DNA of 62,821 bases. Origin: Pseudopedobacter saltans (GTDB lineage Bacteria > Bacteroidota > Bacteroidia > Chitinophagales > Chitinophagaceae). Below, in pieces: positions 20,459 to 30,098 of the stretch (position 1 is its first letter; every line of letters starts with the position of its first letter). The notes below the pieces were generated by a model, which had not been told where the DNA came from, did not search any database, and saw only the letters and a list, made by a program, of their open reading frames with translations. The position numbers and the translations under genes are program-made. The stretch covers positions 1 through 62,821 of the forward strand of contig QFOI01000001.1 in assembly GCA_003241175.1 (NCBI GenBank), in the 5' to 3' direction.

Positions 20459-23400
20459 TTATTTCAACCAGACGGAATAGCTGAATTGCGTGGTTTCCGG
20501 GAATACGCGGTACTCTTCCAGCGGTATCGGTCCACAACCCGCGGAACCAACACCAAGGGTCCTTGTACTGACACACAAAACTGTGTGCCTGGAAGGCGGA
20601 AGGTCTATCCTGTATTCCGAACGGTCCATTTCCTCATCGCTGTACGGCAACGCGGAGAATTGCAGCAAGGTATTGCCGCTGTTGATCTTCAGGCCGTCGC
20701 GACCTCCGTTGGAAAGGCTTACCCAACGGATATCTTCATGGTTACCCGCTTCCATCGGTTTTTCGTAAGGAGTCATCAAGGTTGTGGTGGAAGCACTGTA
20801 GACACCCACGTCCGAACCTATTTTCCTGTCCGCGTAGTTTTCCATTGGCCCACGTCCGAAATAACTTACACTATCTATGGACTTATCCAGGAACATCCGA
20901 ACTCCTATACGTGCCAGACTGAACTTTTGCCCTTCGAAACTGACACTGTTGGTGGCTTTTATCTCGCCTATACCACTGACGGTGTACGTGACTTTATGGT
21001 TTACTGCAAACCCGTTGGACCCCGTTCCCCTTAGATCTGCCTTTATGGTATACTGGTTGTCTGCATTTTTCTGTACCGAAACGTTTTTGGCCTTCCACTC
21101 GAGCTTTTTCAATCCGTTTCGGTCCCAGTCCCAATACGCCCACATGTCGTCGTCACGGTGCGGAGCTCTCCAAAGGTGAAGCATAGGACCACTCTGGTTT
21201 TCAAGTAGCTCCTTTCCGTTTTTCTGAAGGGAGGAAAATGTTGCTTTTCTTTTGTCAAAAACAATGGTAAAACCGGTTCCGTTTATCTTTATCAGGTCTG
21301 AAGTTTCCTCCATTTGCAGCGGATCACCGTTTGTAGTTACAGGCAGATCCACTTTAGGCTTTGGCAGTTCCAGCTGGATACCCGCAACCTCAAATCCCCT
21401 GTCTGCCCACAATGTAGCGTTTTTAAGGTCGAAAGAAACCCTTACGAAATATTCTTTTCCCGGGGTTGCCTTCAGTTTGTAGGGTATGGCGATTTCCTTT
21501 TCGGCACCAGGTAAAAGCGATCCTACTTTTAGAGGACCCGAAGAGATGACTTTTCCGTTTTCACTCAATGTCCATTTCGCTTCCAGACTATCCAGATTGG
21601 TAAACTGGTACCTGTTTTTAATCTTGAAGGTTTGTTTGGCAAAATCGACGGGCGTAACACTAATCCATTGGTAGACTCTTTTCAGCTCTGGATATTGGGG
21701 TTTCAAAGTCCTATCGGAAAAAACAACGCCTTTGTGTATGAAGAACCTGTCGTTGGGAACTTCCCCAAAACCACCACCATAAGCCGTAATCGGATGTTTG
21801 GGGTCGCGGTTGTTGTACAATCCTTGATCCTGCCATTCCCAAACGGCGCCTCCCAACAAGGTTGGGTATTTGTCGAACAGTTCATTGTATTTATCAATAG
21901 AACCCATAGAGTTGAACATCGTATGGGCATATTCACATAGGTAAAACGGTTTTGTCAGGTCAGTGGATTGGGCATTTTTTTCCACGTTATAGATGTCGGT
22001 ATACATACGACTATCAATGCTGGCAGGATTGTTTTTACCAATACCAAAACCTTCATAGTGGAACTGTCTGGTTGAGTCTATCTTTTGAATCGTACTAAGT
22101 GCCGCACGGAAATTAGAACCACCGTCACCACATTCGTTACCCAGTGACCAGATAATCACGGAAGGATGATTCTTGAAGTTTTCCACGTTTGCGACATTTC
22201 GATCAATGATTGCAGACTTTATGGTTGGTTCCTCATCGAATTCACCCATAGCCCCGTGGCATTCCAGGTTGGCTTCCGCGACAAGGTAAATACCGTACTC
22301 ATCGCACAGTTCGTACCACCGAGGATCGTCCGAATAGTGGCAGGTACGCACATGGTTGCTGTTGGTCTGCTTGATCAACAACATGTCCCGAATCATCTGT
22401 TCCTCGGTGATGGCGTGACCGTTGTCCGGCCAATTTTCGTGCCGGTTGACGCCCTTTAGTTTTATTGGGACGCCATTGACCATGAAGAGCCTGTTCCTTA
22501 TCTCGATGTTTCTGAACCCAGTTTTGGCGGAAAGAATTTCTTCGTCTTTCGAACCTTTTTTGAGTTTCAGAACAGTCGTGTAGAGGACAGGTGTTTCGGC
22601 CGTCCACTTCTTGGGGTTTTTAACGGGAAAGGACAGCTCGACCGTGGTTTCCTGGTTGGGTTGCAAGGCGGGTACTTGGACAGAAGCGCTGGTAACCTTT
22701 ACCTTTCCGTCATAAAGAATGGCTTCCAGAGTTTTTGCTTCGGAAGGCTTATTGTCATAGTTGTGGATTTTTACCTTTACCTTTTCCGTCGCATCCTTGT
22801 ATTGGGCATCAAGGTCCGTTTTCACAAAGAAATCCTGCATGTGTTGCTTGGGACTGCTCCAGAGGGAGACGTTACGGAAGATCCCGCTCAGCTTCCACAT
22901 ATCCTGGTCTTCCAGGTAACTGCCCACCGTGAAGCGGTATACCTCCACGGCAATGCTGTTCTGGCCAGGTTTGACATATTGGGTTATGTCGAATTCCGCT
23001 GCGTTGCGGCTGTTGACACTGTAACCGACTTTTTGCCCATTTATCCAAAGGAAAAATCCTGCATCCACGCCGTCAAACGTCACAAATATCTGTCTGCCAT
23101 CCCAAGACTGTGGTACTTCGAAGTTTCTCCTGTAGCTTCCTACGGGATTACGTTCACGGTAGGTCGTGTAGCTGACTGGTGGCGCGCTCATGACGTGGGG
23201 ATAGTCCTTTTTGAATATGTAGGTGTAGTTGCTGTAGTCCGGCGTACCGTAGCCCTGCATGCCCCAGTTGGAAGGAACCCTGATGTCCGCCCATTGGGAA
23301 ACGTCGTAATCCGTCCTGTAGAAGTCGACAGGACGCTTCTGCGGCCATGACACCCAGTGGAACTTCCACGTTCCGTTGAGGGTGCGGTAGTAGGACGACG

Positions 23401-23626
23401 CATGGCGGTCCGCCGCCAGGGCCTCCCTTTCGTTCAGGTAAGGCATCAGGGTGGCGTGCGCTGGCAGCTTGTTGATGCCTAGGCATTCCGGGTCCTCGAT
23501 CTCCCTAGGCACAGAAGCTGTGTCGACTGCCGTAAAAAGCTGATTTGCCAGATCCCTTTGCGCCATCAATGATGTTGTTGCCAGTGATAGCAAAGAAACA
23601 CAGGCTAGTGAAAATATTCCTTTCAT
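20459..23626 (-). CDS. GH2 beta-galactosidase (LacZ-like), secreted
   Basis: Signal peptide, NPVGSYRR, YLEDQDMW, GVNRHE, NHVRTCHY, WSLGNE, CEYAH, GRGPMENY. Confidence 0.95.
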   Translation of the reverse strand: MKGIFSLACVSLLSLATTSLMAQRDLANQLFTAVDTASVPREIEDPECLGINKLPAHATLMPYLNEREALAADRHASSYYRTLNGTWKFHWVSWPQKRPVDFYRTDYDVSQWADIRVPSNWGMQGYGTPDYSNYTYIFKKDYPHVMSAPPVSYTTYRERNPVGSYRRNFEVPQSWDGRQIFVTFDGVDAGFFLWINGQKVGYSVNSRNAAEFDITQYVKPGQNSIAVEVYRFTVGSYLEDQDMWKLSGIFRNVSLWSSPKQHMQDFFVKTDLDAQYKDATEKVKVKIHNYDNKPSEAKTLEAILYDGKVKVTSASVQVPALQPNQETTVELSFPVKNPKKWTAETPVLYTTVLKLKKGSKDEEILSAKTGFRNIEIRNRLFMVNGVPIKLKGVNRHENWPDNGHAITEEQMIRDMLLIKQTNSNHVRTCHYSDDPRWYELCDEYGIYLVAEANLECHGAMGEFDEEPTIKSAIIDRNVANVENFKNHPSVIIWSLGNECGDGGSNFRAALSTIQKIDSTRQFHYEGFGIGKNNPASIDSRMYTDIYNVEKNAQSTDLTKPFYLCEYAHTMFNSMGSIDKYNELFDKYPTLLGGAVWEWQDQGLYNNRDPKHPITAYGGGFGEVPNDRFFIHKGVVFSDRTLKPQYPELKRVYQWISVTPVDFAKQTFKIKNRYQFTNLDSLEAKWTLSENGKVISSGPLKVGSLLPGAEKEIAIPYKLKATPGKEYFVRVSFDLKNATLWADRGFEVAGIQLELPKPKVDLPVTTNGDPLQMEETSDLIKINGTGFTIVFDKRKATFSSLQKNGKELLENQSGPMLHLWRAPHRDDDMWAYWDWDRNGLKKLEWKAKNVSVQKNADNQYTIKADLRGTGSNGFAVNHKVTYTVSGIGEIKATNSVSFEGQKFSLARIGVRMFLDKSIDSVSYFGRGPMENYADRKIGSDVGVYSASTTTLMTPYEKPMEAGNHEDIRWVSLSNGGRDGLKINSGNTLLQFSALPYSDEEMDRSEYRIDLPPSRHTVLCVSTRTLGVGSAGCGPIPLEEYRVFPETTQFSYSVWLK

Positions 23627-23786
23627 AATATAATTGAAAAGTTCGCAAGTTTTGAATGCTATAAAAATATAGACATTGTATGGAATACAGTTTTAATACA
23701 CTGTTAACGAGTATAGTAGACAAAAACAAGACATTGTTTTTGATAAAAAATCTACTTTTAAACTCCAACATAAAACTTTTCAAATA

Positions 23787-25514
23787 ATGAAAGTAAAGCA
23801 TTACTTCTTTTGTCTTTTTGGTATTTTCCTTTTTCAAAAAGTATCTGCACAGCTTACTGCTTTTGAAAAAGACTCTGCAAAAAATACAACCGCCCAATAT
23901 TCGGAATTAATAAGTTTTTATAAAGCGCTAGCAGAAAAATATCCCCATCAATGCCATTTGTTTACGTATGGAACAACTGATGTAGGGAAACCGTTACAAC
24001 TATTTGTACTTTCTCAGGATGGTACTTTTGATGCGAAAAAACTACGCCTACAAAACAAAAGCGTCCTCCTGATTAACAACGGAATTCATCCGGGAGAACC
24101 AGAAGGTATTGATGCGTCTATGATGTTGGCAAGAGACTTGCTGAAACAAAAACGCATCCCTCCAAAAGTTGCTATTTGCATAATACCCGTTTACAATATT
24201 GATGGCATGTTAAATCGTGGTGTTTCCCGCGTCAATCAAAATGGACCTCGTAGTTATGGATTTAGAGGCAATAAGCAAAATTTGAATCTTAATAGAGATT
24301 TTATAAAAACGGAGTCAAGCAACAGTTACTCATTCCAAAAAATTTTCAATATTTGGAATCCGGATGTATTGATTGACAACCACACGAGTGATGGGGCGGA
24401 CTACCAATATATAATGACATTGATAGAAACACAAAAGAATAAATTCAATCCAATACTTGCGGATTACATGCACGAAAAATTTACACTTCAACTCTATAGC
24501 CGTATGGGTGAAAAAGGCTACAAACTCATACCTTATGTTGACTTTGCAGGAGAAACCCCTGAGTCAGGCATCAATGAATATTTGGAAACTCCACGCTATT
24601 CAACAGGATACGCTGCCTTACACAATACAATTGCGTATATGCCTGAGACACATATGTGGAAGCCATTTAAAGAGCGTGTTGAGTCTACTTATGATCTAAT
24701 GCGCTTTACGATTAATATCATGTCGGAACAGGGAGATACTTTAGTAGAAAAAAGAGCTATCGCCAATAACTATACCGCACATCAAACGACATTTCCGTTG
24801 CAATGGACTTTGGATACAACACATTACAGTGTCATACCTTTTTATGGTTACGAGCCACAACATAAGCTCAGTGAGGTTTCTGGTTACCAAAGATTGTTTT
24901 ATGATCGTAGCAAACCATTTACCAGAGATATCAAACTATATAATCATTATCAAGCATCTCTATCGGTTAAGGCGCCTAGTGCTTACATAATACCTGGAGC
25001 TTACCAAAAGATTATAAATCTCCTTCAAATTAATGGAGTAAAAATGAGACGATTAACAAAAGATACCACAGTTAGCGCAGATTTTTACTATATAGGCAAT
25101 TTCAAAACAAGCAATACATTATATGAAGGACATTACATACATAGTGATGTAAATATCAATACACAACGACTTACGATGCCTTTCTATGAAGGAGACATTA
25201 TAGTTCCCGTAAATCAGATCACTAATCGTTATATAGTTGAGACCTTGGAACCACAAGCAATGGATTCGTACTTTTCTTGGAACTTTTTTGATCCTATTCT
25301 ATCTCAAAAAGAGTATTTTTCAGACTATATTTTCGAAGATTACGCTGCTCAATATCTAAAAGAAAATCCTGAATTAAGAAAAGAACTAGAAAAAGCAAAA
25401 CTTGAAAATGAATCGCTTAGAAACAGTGCTAGAAAACAATTGGAATGGGTTTACCAGCACTCGCCCTATCACGAAAAAACACACAATCTATATCCAATAG
25501 GAAGAATTATGTAA
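23787..25514 (+). CDS. M14 zinc carboxypeptidase family protein
   Basis: Signal peptide, GIHPGEPEG, NLNRDF, IDNHT. Confidence 0.88.
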   Translation: MKVKHYFFCLFGIFLFQKVSAQLTAFEKDSAKNTTAQYSELISFYKALAEKYPHQCHLFTYGTTDVGKPLQLFVLSQDGTFDAKKLRLQNKSVLLINNGIHPGEPEGIDASMMLARDLLKQKRIPPKVAICIIPVYNIDGMLNRGVSRVNQNGPRSYGFRGNKQNLNLNRDFIKTESSNSYSFQKIFNIWNPDVLIDNHTSDGADYQYIMTLIETQKNKFNPILADYMHEKFTLQLYSRMGEKGYKLIPYVDFAGETPESGINEYLETPRYSTGYAALHNTIAYMPETHMWKPFKERVESTYDLMRFTINIMSEQGDTLVEKRAIANNYTAHQTTFPLQWTLDTTHYSVIPFYGYEPQHKLSEVSGYQRLFYDRSKPFTRDIKLYNHYQASLSVKAPSAYIIPGAYQKIINLLQINGVKMRRLTKDTTVSADFYYIGNFKTSNTLYEGHYIHSDVNINTQRLTMPFYEGDIIVPVNQITNRYIVETLEPQAMDSYFSWNFFDPILSQKEYFSDYIFEDYAAQYLKENPELRKELEKAKLENESLRNSARKQLEWVYQHSPYHEKTHNLYPIGRIM

Positions 25515-25520
25515 AAATGA

Positions 25521-25553
25521 TCTTACCAACTATGCAAGGTATAGTTGGTAAGA
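25521..25553. terminator. Hairpin between convergent genes
   Basis: TCTTACCAACTAT-GCAAGGT-ATAGTTGGTAAGA, 13-bp stem. Confidence 0.7.
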
Positions 25554-25559
25554 CTTATC

Positions 25560-27443
25560 TTATTTCAAAAGTTTTATTTCCGCAACGGAAAAAGTAGATT
25601 CATTAAAGTCTTTTGGTTTAAACTTAATGTATTTAGTCTGAATGGCCTGTGGAAAGCGAATTGTTTGACCAATCGGATTAGCAACTATATTGGAAAACTC
25701 ACCGGACTTAACCTCTGACCATTTGTTCCCGTCTTCACTTTGCCAAATAGTATATTGGTGTACAATACCTTCTTTTTTCTTGTCTTGACGAGGCAAATAA
25801 TAGAAACCTTTAATAGGAGAGTTGAGTTCGATTACCAAACCATTATCTGACGAAACCATATCAAATGTTGTATTGTTTTGATCTGTCATAGCTGTTAAAT
25901 CGGATGGCTGTATTATTTTATACTCATCAGATGACAAATAATGGATGGTTTTGCTGCTGACTTTAGGTTTATAATCCACTTCTGCTTCCGAAAAAAGACC
26001 GAAGTCACTCAACGTTGGAGCAACAGGTGCGAAAAGATTTAAGCGAATTTTGGTAGTGGAAATAGGCGTTTTTAGTTTGATCAAGCGATTAGCTCCGATA
26101 CTTTGTACAGAGGCAATTTGCTTCCAGTTACCATTGTCCCAATACGCTACTTGTACACTGTCCATCCTTTGACCCAATTTGATATTTTCCCTTAGTTGGA
26201 TAAGGTCAAATTTTGCTTCTTTTTTTAGTGTTAGTTCCAGCGTTGGACTATGTTCCTGATCTTCTGATGCATAGTAAGAATATCTATCTCCGTCCAAAAT
26301 ATTGTTAGGGGAAAACATCTTTGCGGATCCGCGAAGATTAGATGCTTTTATAGTTGCCCCTTTTGCGAAATTGACAGCAAATGTTTTCTTTAGTTTTTCT
26401 CCAAACAAATTTAAAGTGTGCACATCTTCTTCACTTAAAATGCCTTCGGTAGTCGGCGAAAGTCCTAAATCTAAACAAGCACTTCTTCCAACAGAATTAA
26501 GATAAAGTTTGAATAATTGATTTGGCGATTTAGATTTACCATCTTCGTCAGGATGATAAAACCAACCTGGCCTTACAGCAACATCGCACTCCGCAGGAAT
26601 CCATTGATCCCCATTGCGAGTGCCTGTCGCATGAAGATCGTCTTTGACATATCCTGGAGCTGGTTTTTTACCGTTTATTCCACGAAGAGTAATGGTTTCC
26701 CAAGAAGGATTATCCGCCATGCCTTGTTCATTGCCGACCCATCTAACATCCCAGCCAACATCTGAAAATATTACCGCATTGGGTTGTAATTTTCTAACAA
26801 TGGGCCATGTTTTGGTATCCCATTCATAGTAGGAAGAGCGATCTACCAAGCGTTGCTCATTTTTTCCTCCATAATAACCATTACCACCATTGGCGCCATC
26901 GTGCCAAGACATAAATAGTGGACCATATTAGGTCATTAGTTCGGTCAATTCAACACGATAGGCATCTGTGTATGCACTCGTTCCATAACGTGTATCGTTA
27001 CGATCCCAAGCGGAAAGATAGGTTCCAAATTTTAAATTGTTTTTTGCCGCTGCTTTTTGGAATGCTCCTACGACATCGCCTTTGCCATTGAGCCAACTGG
27101 ATTTTGAAATATTATAGTCTGTGGCTTTCGTAGGCCAAAGACAAAAGCCATCGTGGTGTTTCGCAACTATAATCAATCCTTTTAAACCTGCAGATGCAGC
27201 TGCTTTAGCAACTTGGTTGGCATCAAAACGTGTTGGATTAAACAAAGACGGTTCTGCATCTCCATATCCCCATTCTTGATCTTGAAACGTAGTGGGCGTA
27301 AAATGTACTAAAGCATACATTTCCATTTCTTGCCAACGAAGTTGTCTTTCGGTTGGAAGCACGCCATAGGGAGCTGGAGCGTTCTGAGCCAAACCTGCGA
27401 GTGGACTCAGTAAGAAAATGGGAAGCAATTTTTTTATTTTCAT
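25560..27443 (-). pseudogene. GH29 alpha-L-fucosidase with F5/8 domains, interrupted by an in-frame TAA at 26928-26930
   Basis: ORFs 26928-27443 (AKHHDGFCLWP) and 25560-26912 (WHDGANGG, WVGNE, RPGWFYH) are in one frame: ...ELMT*YGPLFMSWHDG... Confidence 0.85.
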
Positions 27444-27480
27444 ATGGGAAAATTAATTCATTTCTTTAAAAATTGCGCTC

Positions 27481-27492
27481 ACAATCGATTGT
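27481..27492. promoter_or_regulatory. CG-centred palindrome upstream of the fucosidase (candidate LacI-family operator)
   Basis: ACAATCGATTGT perfect palindrome 37 nt upstream of the start codon. Confidence 0.35.
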
Positions 27493-27508
27493 TTCTCCTA
27501 TAGACAAA

Positions 27509-27540
27509 AAAATAGTCGCTGTCAAAACAGCGACTATTTT
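27509..27540 (-). terminator. Intrinsic terminator after TBDR
   Basis: AAAATAGTCGCTGT-CAAA-ACAGCGACTATTTT. Confidence 0.85.
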
Positions 27541-27559
27541 ACAATGGAAGACTATAAAA

Positions 27560-29959
27560 CTACCAGTTCCAATATAATGGGAAATTAACTTTAAACGTAA
27601 AGTTGCGACCCATTCCAAAAACGCCCATTCTACCCGTGGCGTTGTTGACATCCAAGTATTTAAGACGGCTTAGATGATTTTGATAAGCAACATCACCCAA
27701 GTTGTCACCACTCAATACAATATTGCAGATTGTCTTTCCATTTCTATTGACAACATCTGTCCCAATTCCGGCATTGACTAACCAATATCCAGATGTCGGC
27801 GTTTCCGTATTAAAACCTGTAAATGCATCATTTTGTTTGAATGTATAGTCACTTGTCAAGCTTACAAACAAATTTCTAAATGTTTTTCCTTGTGGAAAGA
27901 AATTACCTCTTAACTGTGCGACATAACGTCCTGCGGGTATATCAGGGATATTTTTACTTCCTCCAATTGCGGACGTAAATTGTGCTCTTGTGTAAGAAAA
28001 AGTATTCTCAAAGTGTAACCAATCCAAAGGATGAGGATGTATATCGATATTGAATTCTCCTCCATACAGGTTGGCACTGTGTTGATTAAATTTATAAACA
28101 TTTATAGTTGATCCGTTTTCATCCTGCATGGTAGAGTCTCCACCGGCTTGATTTAACACTCTTTGGTAAAAGATGAAATCGTCAATATGATTATAGTAAA
28201 TAGATGCATTTATCGAAACGTGAGTCGTATTGACTTCAACGCCTCCGTCAACCTGCAAACTTTTTTCCGATTTCAGATTGTTATTACCTATTTCGTAGCG
28301 CAATGTACCCTCATGTGCCCCATTGCTGGCCAACTCTGCCATGTTTGGCGCTCTGAATCCGCGAGCCACATTTAGTTTCAATGTGGTAGCGTTGGATACT
28401 TCATAACTAACACCGGCACTTCCGGACACATTTGAAAAATTCTTTTTAAATGCATCAAATTTAACTTCATCCGGATCTTCCGGATCCATCATAGATTTGC
28501 CGCTTACATGACGATTGTCAAAACGAAGACCTCCAGAGAACGTAAATTTGTCTTTTACATACTGTGTGATTCCAAAAGCACCAACGTCAAATAAATTATA
28601 GTCTGGAATCAATACTTCGGAAGCCTTATTGGTGTTGTTTTGTTGCATACCATTGACCCCAAAAACAGTTTTCCAGTTACCTAATTCTTTTAGATGGTAA
28701 CGAAGGTTGTAAGTAAATGTTTTTAAGTCAAAATAAGCATCTGGATTTGATGGTTCCGCGGCGTCACCAAATTCTTGTCGTTGGTTACGTTGGAAACTCA
28801 ATATCGCATCCAACTGACCTTTTCCTATATTGAAAACGTTGTCGGAAGTTATTTTTGTGTGGCGTATGTGTTGGTAAGGAACAAACGGTTTGATTTTGCT
28901 AAAGTCGGAAGATGTGGCGATCTCTTGAGATCCATCAGGCATATCTCTAACAAATTGTCCCGTGGTTTCGTCCCTTTCTCCTTCGACCATACCAATATGT
29001 TGATCGAAACGAGTCACTAGTAAACGTGAACTTCCCCAATTGCCGCGATAACCTAACATCCCACCAAAATTTTGGTTGTAGAATTTAGAGTTGAACACGC
29101 GACCGTCGTATTTGTTGCGGTAGTCTTCGGCACCTTTGTAGGAACCATAGGCGTTAAAACTAAATCCATTTTTTGTACCACCGATTTCTCCATGGAAACC
29201 TCGCAACAAGGAGTTAGTTTGATATTCACTCATGACATTTCCTTTAATTGTTCCTTCGGGAGCTGGTACTTGTGATGTGATGTTGATAACTCCTGCGAGC
29301 GCATCGCTACCATACATCAAGGAAGCTGGACCTTTGAGTACCTCGATTTTTTGGGCACTGTAATCGTCTATCTCAATACCGTGCTCATCACCCCACTGTT
29401 GACCTTCTTGACGTACACCGTCATTGATTGTCAGTACGCGATTATATCCAAGACCGCGAATAAACGGTTTAGCAATAGCGGGACCCGTAGTCAGAACGGA
29501 TACGCCTGGCGCCTGTCTAGATAAAGCGTCCATTAGATTTGTTGAAGGTGCATTGAAAAGATCACGCTTTGTCACAATGTCAACCGGTTGCGGATTTCTT
29601 CTGCTTGAGATGGCAGAAGCGACTCCTGTAACCACTACAGCTCCCTGCTCGAGCGCGGTAGGCGAAAGTTGAAAATCACTTTCCGTGTTTTCTTTTAGTA
29701 AAATATTTTTTACTGTGGTAGCATATCCCATGAAAGAAATTTCTACCAAATAATGACCAGGTCTGAGTTTAAGAGAAAAATGCCCTAAGGAGTCTGTCGA
29801 TACAATCCTATTGCTTCCGTCGATAGTAATCGTAGCAAATGGAAGAGGATTATGGGTACTTTGGTCTTTAACTGTACCTGAAAAGGTAACCTCACTGTTC
29901 TGTGCTAATAGAGAAAAGGACAGAAACATACTGAGAATGAGCAAAATGTGTTTGTGCAT
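27560..29959 (-). CDS. TonB-dependent receptor (probable metal-uptake type)
   Basis: TTGPAIAKPFIRGLGYNRV, QEGQQWGDEHG, VLKGPASLMYGSDA, NGAHEGT, DIHPHP, HLSRLKY. Confidence 0.92.
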   Translation of the reverse strand: MHKHILLILSMFLSFSLLAQNSEVTFSGTVKDQSTHNPLPFATITIDGSNRIVSTDSLGHFSLKLRPGHYLVEISFMGYATTVKNILLKENTESDFQLSPTALEQGAVVVTGVASAISSRRNPQPVDIVTKRDLFNAPSTNLMDALSRQAPGVSVLTTGPAIAKPFIRGLGYNRVLTINDGVRQEGQQWGDEHGIEIDDYSAQKIEVLKGPASLMYGSDALAGVINITSQVPAPEGTIKGNVMSEYQTNSLLRGFHGEIGGTKNGFSFNAYGSYKGAEDYRNKYDGRVFNSKFYNQNFGGMLGYRGNWGSSRLLVTRFDQHIGMVEGERDETTGQFVRDMPDGSQEIATSSDFSKIKPFVPYQHIRHTKITSDNVFNIGKGQLDAILSFQRNQRQEFGDAAEPSNPDAYFDLKTFTYNLRYHLKELGNWKTVFGVNGMQQNNTNKASEVLIPDYNLFDVGAFGITQYVKDKFTFSGGLRFDNRHVSGKSMMDPEDPDEVKFDAFKKNFSNVSGSAGVSYEVSNATTLKLNVARGFRAPNMAELASNGAHEGTLRYEIGNNNLKSEKSLQVDGGVEVNTTHVSINASIYYNHIDDFIFYQRVLNQAGGDSTMQDENGSTINVYKFNQHSANLYGGEFNIDIHPHPLDWLHFENTFSYTRAQFTSAIGGSKNIPDIPAGRYVAQLRGNFFPQGKTFRNLFVSLTSDYTFKQNDAFTGFNTETPTSGYWLVNAGIGTDVVNRNGKTICNIVLSGDNLGDVAYQNHLSRLKYLDVNNATGRMGVFGMGRNFTFKVNFPLYWNW

Positions 29960-29973
29960 GTGTGCTTTATTTT

Positions 29974-30015
29974 TGAAACAATGTTACAAAAATAGTTGAT
30001 TGATACATTGTTGCA
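29974..30015. promoter_or_regulatory. Two imperfect palindromic boxes (candidate Fur/Zur-family operators)
   Basis: TGAAACAATGTTACA (29974-29988) and TGATACATTGTTGCA (30001-30015), both near TGCAAC-N3-GTTGCA. Confidence 0.5.
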
Positions 30016-30098
30016 AAAAAAATTCAAAAAATTTTGGAAGTTATCATTTAATAAATTTTTATAAATCAATTTCTATCTTTGCATTTATTTTCGTAGAG

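Noticed and set aside
20342..23486. Long alternative ORFs such as 20342-21034 and 22661-23350
   Set aside because: They are shadows of the GC-rich GH2 gene with no protein motifs
26928..26930. Programmed read-through or recoding at the fucosidase stop
   Set aside because: The codon is TAA, the normal stop for many genes in this window, and no recoding signal is evident
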